Assembly (NCBI GenBank): GCA_030324005.1
Contig: JARDVH010000099.1
Coordinates: forward strand, 54,709,899 to 54,773,898
Direction: 5' to 3'
Length of the DNA stretch: 64,000 nucleotides
Origin: Negaprion brevirostris
Lineage: Eukaryota
Part shown: positions 12,401 to 64,000 of the stretch, piece after piece
Layout: the number at the start of each line of letters is the position of its first letter
Numbering within the stretch: position 1 is the stretch's first letter
Program-made: the position numbers and the translations under genes
Notes under the pieces: model-generated
The model's database searches: none
What the model was told of the DNA's origin: nothing
What the model saw: the letters and a program-made list of their open reading frames with translations, nothing else

Positions 12401-14726
12401 GTACATTTCATCAACTAGCATGCACAGTTTTTGATAGAATGTTTTAAGTGAGCCACATGGCTGTTTGCTGTACACAAAAGCCAAGGTTTTGAATCAAACT
12501 TAACATAGAAAGACTTGATCTCCTGTTTAAAAATATGGCACTCTATATTCTAAGTTTACCTCTTTTGTCTCAAGCACCTGCAGGGGGAGCAAATATCCAG
12601 TTCTTCACAATTGAACGAGTTAATGATGGCATCGCATACGACATTACTTACTAGTGTTCCTCGTGATCTGCCTACAGATACAAATTTTATTGAAGGAAAA
12701 TTTGTAATCAATTTAGAAGGTAAACTAGTTTTATAGTCACTTTCCTGTTATGGATTAGGATTTTTGAGCCTTAAATTTCTCTTCAATTGTGTATACATGA
12801 AGAAACTTTATAAGTAAGTTCAAAAAAGAATTGAAACTGCTGTTCACAGTAGAATAAATGTTTTTCAGTGGACAGGCTGCTATTTGGTTTGGTTTTGAAA
12901 TTGTTTATTCTGAAAATGTTGGCATGGAGTTGGTTCTGCAGAGGTTCATATTTCATAATTTGGTTTTAAATTTCATTGAGTACCAGAAAATTGGTATGAT
13001 TGTAGTTGCAACACTAACACACCAAGACTATAGATAATACTCTAACACTGAAGTTTGATTTAGTGGCTACCTGTTATCTTGAATACTTAATAGATGCAAC
13101 TTTATATTTTTATGTTTCATTTATTGTAATAGGAATTGTGAATTCTTTTAAACAAGTACACTGCCATTTTTTTGCTTTATGAATGAATTGTGCAAATCAA
13201 TTAAGTGAACAATAAGAGTTTGGAGTTGAAGTTAGAAAATTGGATAGCAGATTATTTAAAATTAAAACTAATTTGGTGACAAAGTAGACTAACATCACTG
13301 GAGACTTCAAGCTAAAAGAGTTATTCTTTCTGTTTGAATCACGAGTCTGGATAAACAATTGATGTTGAAACAATTCTAATGATACTGATCGTTATGGTTA
13401 GGGTCATGATCTCAAAGTAAATGGCTTGGCAGATGAATGAGCATTCGTTATGTTAAAAAAAAGTAAAAGGGAGAAAAAAAACTACTGAACAAAACCTCTG
13501 TATAACTTGAAAATTGGTCAAAATTTGTATTAATCACAAAATAATTTGATTATACTTCCCCACTGCCTAAAGCAGCAGTGAGGGAACATAAAATTGCTGT
13601 AATGATGGAGAAATTATAAATGACAATAGCAGAAACAGAACTGCAGGTAGAGAGCTGGAAGATCAAATCTTGTGTTACAATTCGGGTCAGAAATTCTCAA
13701 GTGTTTCATGAAGCCCTCTGGAAAATATGTTTCACCTTCGGTATGATTCCACTAGGGAGCTTTTATCAAACAAAGTTTGTTTAAGAATATAGTTAACGTG
13801 TATGAAAAGAAAATTATCATGATTTTGTTTTTGTTTGTAATTGATAAGTTATTACTAATGTATAACCCTTAACAAAGCTATCTAAAATGTTGCAATCAAA
13901 CAAAAGTTCCCACAGACAAAAAACCCTTTCCACAGGTTTAACCCAGCAAAGACTAATGCTCATGTGATACTGGAATGGAGTCCTTTTGATTGGAGAATTG
14001 AAACCCCCTCATCTTAGCTTGTAACTTCTGGTAGCCCTCACTAGATACACACAGAACAGTCTGAAGTCAAAACAACTTCCCAGAATACCAAGGAGTGTGT
14101 CTGGTCAAGCCATCAACAGCAGATATTCTACTCCAGGAAGGCAAGAAGCCTTATTTTCAGCTAACCAGCAGAATTTCCATTTTAAAAAAAAGGGAGAGAG
14201 AAAAATGCTTCTTTTCAGTTTGATGTCTCTTCTAAACCAAAACAGAAAACAAAACCTTAAATTCACTAGAAAAAGACTGTCCGAAACACATGACCTTTCT
14301 CCTAACAATGCAAGATCATAAAACATCCCAGAGTATAAACAAACCTCATTTAAACCACTGAAGGAGCAATAAAAGGATTTATACAGCAGGCCAGCAACAA
14401 TGAGAGCTGCAGAGAATATGATTTTTTTAAATCTCAAAGGTACATTAACATCACACTTCAATAATATAAAAATGCTTTGTCAGCTATAGGAAAAACAGTT
14501 TGAGATAAAAGAATTAACGCTTATATGCAAGAATGTTCTTATATTTACATTGAAAAATAATTATTCCTTGACAGGTGGTGATATTGTTGAGGAATCATCG
14601 TACAAAATAATTGTTCAATCCGCTACCAAAGAAAAATGTCCTCGATGCAAGAAATACACATCATCCTCAGCATTAGCACCCTGCCCCCGTTGCTTGGAAG
14701 CCATTGCTGGAAAGTGGAGCACTTAA
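322..14726 (+). CDS. IARS2: IARS2 mitochondrial isoleucyl-tRNA synthetase, 3' part (8 coding exons; 5' exons lie upstream of the window)
   Basis: Spliced translation contains the class I KMSKS motif, [38 protein letters not shown] and a terminal CPRC...CPRC zinc finger. Introns are GT-AG with consistent phases. Confidence 0.97.
552..1745 (-). mobile_element. Decayed CR1-type LINE, 3' portion
   Basis: Reverse complement resembles a CR1 ORF2 C-terminus plus 3' tail, like other copies in the window. Confidence 0.75.
1935..2060 (+). CDS. IARS2: IARS2 exon
   Basis: atag|...|gtgaga; [42 protein letters not shown]. Confidence 0.95.
2330..2975 (+). mobile_element. Non-LTR retrotransposon 3' fragment, I/Ingi/Vingi-like, with a CCHC knuckle relic
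   Basis: From 2717 it reads [40 protein letters not shown], then after a frameshift [10 protein letters not shown]. Confidence 0.6.
4540..4716 (+). mobile_element. HE1-like V-SINE 3' half (5' part in gap)
   Basis: gatgtgcaggttag...ggccatgctaaatt...gggctgaatggcctctgcactgtagggattcta, shared with the copy at 60102-60398. Confidence 0.8.
6376..6698 (-). mobile_element. HE1-like tRNA-derived V-SINE, near full length
   Basis: Reverse complement starts ggcagcacggtggcacagtagttagtactgctg with a B box gggttcaattcc, then the V domain and a gattctat-repeat tail. Confidence 0.85.
6806..6937 (+). CDS. IARS2: IARS2 exon
   Basis: ttcag|...|gtactg; [44 protein letters not shown]. Confidence 0.95.
7225..8075 (-). 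mobile_element. Decayed LINE (CR1/L2-group) 3' fragment, same family as 38460-40015
   Basis: catttattg...taattgagaagttggtagtg end and ttggagctgcac motif; related fragments at about 8560-9310 and 45615-46190. Confidence 0.65.
8255..8361 (+). CDS. IARS2: IARS2 exon
   Basis: ttcag|...|gttagt; [35 protein letters not shown](R). Confidence 0.95.
9374..9519 (+). CDS. IARS2: IARS2 exon
   Basis: tacag|...|gtagca; [48 protein letters not shown]. Confidence 0.95.
9638..9828 (+). CDS. IARS2: IARS2 exon
   Basis: tttcag|...|gtaact; (E)[63 protein letters not shown]. Confidence 0.95.
10790..12265 (+). mobile_element. Decayed, internally deleted CR1 LINE ORF2 fragment
   Basis: Broken EN/RT-type motifs (ccaggacctatggtctacat; ccactattcaagaaa...aattacgcaccacttaacctg; cacttggaatactgt). 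Confidence 0.75.
12575..12719 (+). CDS. IARS2: IARS2 exon
   Basis: ctcaag|...|gtaaac; [48 protein letters not shown]. An alternative in-frame CAG acceptor lies 9 nt downstream. Confidence 0.9.
13673..14455 (-). mobile_element. Probable solo LTR
   Basis: TGTTAC...TCACA termini, flanked by an imperfect 4-bp duplication cttg/cttc; non-coding. Confidence 0.55.
14575..14726 (+). CDS. IARS2: IARS2 last coding exon (zinc finger, stop TAA)
   Basis: gacag|; (G)[49 protein letters not shown]. Confidence 0.95.
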
Positions 14727-15273
14727 GAAAACAGGAGCACAAACAGGGACAAATATGCAATGTAAAACTAGCTTTCACCACAAACAGCTAGTGATATTTA
14801 TTTCATCTCAACATTCCCACCTCAGAAGTCTTCTGTTCTCGTTGAATAGTTCAGATTTTGTCAAAATTACTATTTCCAGTTTGAGGTGGGGTATGGTAAT
14901 TCTGCATGTATCATATGAAATGTCTTGTGTTTTTGTAATATCTGCCTTAAAATCTGGAATTAAATTTGGATTATATTTTTACGGCTGCTATTGTACAGAC
15001 AGAAGAATAATTTACAAAGATAATTGTTTGCCCAACCATTAAGTTAATTTCCAGTTTTCCCTGACAGAGGAACTGAAGGTTTCTACATTTCCTTTTTTGA
15101 ATAGCAAATATTTCCAAGTTATATGTACTTATTATATAATCATGTCAGAAGTTAACATTGTTTCCTAATCAATGTATAGGGATAACCAGTTAATGAAACT
15201 TAATGGGGCTCTAAAAAATGGTTCTGTTGCTTGTTATATAATAGGTTAGTAAGGAATTGTGGGATTTATGTGA

Positions 15274-15279
15274 AATAAA
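15274..15279 (+). promoter_or_regulatory. Candidate IARS2 polyadenylation signal (second AATAAA at 15337-15342)
   Basis: AATAAA about 550 nt after the stop, followed by a T/GT-rich tract. Confidence 0.5.
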
Positions 15280-17042
15280 CATTTTTATACACAAAGGTTT
15301 TCTGGATTTAAGAAATATTTTTGTCCTTCACATAGAAATAAAAGCAATAGCATGCTTGGAAATTACATTTAGTGCACAATTATGTTAAATTTGTTATCAG
15401 GATCAGACTCTGACCACTTATGGATTGGACATACCCCAGCTTTAGATAACTGTGGGTTCTATATTCGAGCAACTATGGTTCTTGTATCCGTTGTGTGTAA
15501 GTGGTAGGATTGCATTCCAAGNNNNTTCCAAGAATGTCCGTTAAATAAGTTGTACAAGTAGTTAGTGTGGTTTCCAAAGAGATTATTGTACATAGTTAAG
15601 TTAGACAACAAAAAAAATCCATTTAGTTTGCCTTCTGCCATCCTGGTAGGTACATGCTAGAACAATAATGAAATTGTTGGCTAATCTTGACAATTGATGT
15701 TAACAATTATTCCATAGTAGATTTGGGCACAAGAGGTGAGAAAACCTCTTGGTGGTGGAAAGTTTTGGGATCATTCTACTGTATTGCAAAACATTCTGTA
15801 AGAAATCAACATTCATTTTAACTAATGAACATCATCTGCACCCACTGTCTCCAACAGCAATAGTTCCAAAAATCTGGCAGTCACAAATTATCTTTCTATT
15901 GATCAACTCATAGCTGTTTGGTTCCAGTTCCTGAACACAGCAATGATACCGTTCAACCTTCTTTTCCAGAGGGAACCTACCCAATATAAGATGGTCATGA
16001 TGCAATCCTTCCATCCCATCAAACTTAATCTTTTGACATTCTCTCTCACCATCACGAAATTGATTAATTTAGTGAAAAATAATGGCCAGAATTTTATCTT
16101 CCTCCCCGCCATGGGAATCGGAGCAGGTGAGGGGCAGACCATAGAAAGGTCCATTGACCTCAGGCAGGATTTCACAGTCTGGGAACTGTAAAAGCCCACC
16201 CAGTAACTGGGATTTCAGACACCAGATTTCAATTTAGCCAGAAATGTTCACTCTGCTCTCCAGTTGTGAATTTCCACCTATTAAAATAAATTGGAAAAAG
16301 AGTGGACTTGTGTGAACAACTCTAGCTTAATTTTCAGGAAATTAACAAATGCATCTGTCAAACCATCAAATAGTTTAGATAGCCTGTTGTCACCAAATAT
16401 CAATGCTTAATATGATAATGGATTATTTCAAAGAGTCACTAATCTGCTGGAAACTGATAATGAGTTGNNNNNNNNNNNNNNNNNNNNNNNNNNNNNNNNN
16501 NNNNNNNNNNNNNNNNNNNNCAGTATGTTCTGTTTAATATGCAGTGTTAAATTAGACATGTGTATTTCCTGAAAGTGATCCTATCTTGAGACAGGAATTA
16601 TTTCTAACCACTGCTAGAAATTAATTTTAAAAAAATGTTCACAGCATCCTGTCAAAAAAACAACTTTTTAACTCCATGAGCTACTACTGAAAATCTTTGT
16701 GAGAAGGTCAGTACTCCTGAGACCCCTAATCTGATACGATTACTCCATTGATCCTTGCCTTTAACAAGATCTGATCTAATTAATTTTTTTCAGTATCTGC
16801 ACATAACTGCAAAGTCAGGCACTACAACTCACTGCTGCAGCTTTGTTTTTTTGCTCTAATTTATAGACTGTGCATTTACCCCATTTCCCTTCAGTTGGAC
16901 CACGAGTAATAACACTTTCACAGAAATTAATGTTTATTTTAAATAAACCAACTCTGTTTTCATCAACAATTTTACTTGTCACATACAGGCATTGCACTCC
17001 AATTATTTGTACAAAGAGCAACTCAGTGTGGATTGAAGAGTT

Positions 17043-17048
17043 TTTATT
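17043..17048 (-). promoter_or_regulatory. Candidate RAB3GAP2 polyadenylation signal (others at 17151-17156 and 16933-16938)
   Basis: AATAAA on the - strand 600-850 nt downstream of the stop; which one is used cannot be determined. Confidence 0.4.
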
Positions 17049-17773
17049 TGATTAATGAGCAATAATTTACAATATTACAGTTGGTTTATGCCCACTGATT
17101 AGTGTGGAAACGTATCTGACTGTACACATATTATTGGTGTCTGATCACTATTTATTTTGTTACTTATACAAATGCAAAAAAATTGAGGGAATAAAAACTT
17201 TGTCTTTACAATTAACAAAATAAACTCAAATGTTTCCTTTTTTTGTGACAGAAGTTGTGACGTAAGGCTTCATTAAATAGTCATCTACTCTTGGTAGGAC
17301 ATTTGGGTATTTACTGTTGGAAAAAATATATTGCAACGTTCCTCTATCTTTTTTCAACTCCAACAGTGGGATTAGAAATTATAGATGTATGGCCCACACT
17401 ACAAAACTCATTCACTACATAATACCTTGAGATACAGACTTGCTTCAGCTGACATCTAATCTGCATAGCTACAGCAACACAGTATGGTTTCTTCTGAGAC
17501 TGATGCCATCTTTCAGCAGTAAAATGACGTAGCTGAAGCAAAGCTCACTTTTTGTAAACATGGACATGCAAACTGTATATGGGCATTAGAATATCACATA
17601 ATAGAACAGAAACTAAAGAGTCTAACAGAACTCAGGTAACCATCTATAACAATAACCATTTAAGAACATGATTATTCGCAACAGAGAATGGTTCATTTAC
17701 ATCAAAATGATCCTAGCTCTTCACAGCTGGTCAAATCTGGAGACCTATGTAAATAAAAATTGGCCAACTCTTG

Positions 17774-63385
<45,612 letters not shown>

Positions 63386-64000
63386 CTAACATAAAAGAGA
63401 AAGAAAAGTTATGACACAAATACATGGAAGGATGTTCCATTCTGCACGAAACCATAAGGACATATATTGCTCCACTATGTAGCTTCCAGTATGCGTAAAT
63501 GCGTCCAATACTCCGAGTCTGACTGACGGCCTTAAAATGGTTACCAGCAACATTTTTAGCACAGAGAAATATTAATATAGAGGCCTTGGATCCTTACAGA
63601 AAAAAAAACATGCATACACATTGCGCCTGTTTCAGCTGAACAAAATAAGTGATTGCCGTTCGCTGGTTCATTCCTCAATGTCTTGACCAGAGTCAAGCTG
63701 CCTGGTTTAAATTTTCAAACAATGTTTGGCAGTTAACTGTCAATCACCATTAACTGATGCATTCTCCATGACAATGCCTCTACCAGAGAACACTTTCCAA
63801 CCAATTAGCACTCTCTTCTCATATAGTACAATGTCGTCTGGGTGCAAAATAAAAATCTTTGACAAAATGGCCAGAATGCTCCGATTTTGTTCACCCCACC
63901 ATTGCCGCCAGTGAGAACAGAGAATTTAGCACTCATTCAAAACTGCTAATTTTCCCAGCACCTCATCTCCTTCTGATAATCAGTAAACCAAGCTGTCTGC

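Noticed and set aside
425-14574. miR-194/miR-215 cluster known from a human IARS2 intron
   Set aside because: Mature sequences were not seen on either strand; the host intron should lie upstream of the KMSKS exon, outside this window.

Overview
Eukaryotic genomic DNA from a gapped draft assembly, most likely a shark or other cartilaginous fish, inferred from HE1-like V-SINEs, Deu-domain SINEs and the CR1/Penelope repeat mix. Two intron-containing genes lie tail-to-tail. The last 8 coding exons of IARS2 (mitochondrial isoleucyl-tRNA synthetase) are on the + strand at 322-14726, running from the KMSKS motif to the C-terminal zinc finger. The last 26 coding exons of RAB3GAP2 are on the - strand from 63385 down to the stop at 17774. 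All exon boundaries were read by hand: they are GT-AG and phase-consistent, apart from a 10-N gap inside one RAB3GAP2 exon. The introns contain decayed CR1, L2, Rex-type and Ingi/Vingi-like LINE fragments, several SINE families, Penelope ends with degenerate hammerhead-ribozyme cores, solo LTRs, a hAT element with a perfect TSD and a TIR-bearing MITE family. Almost all ORFs in the supplied track are spurious or are exon read-throughs. I found no convincing novel biological system. The best leads are repeat-borne RNA structures, SINE-LINE tail sharing and a few unexplained hairpins. Family and orthologue assignments are from recalled sequences, not database searches, and repeat boundaries are approximate.
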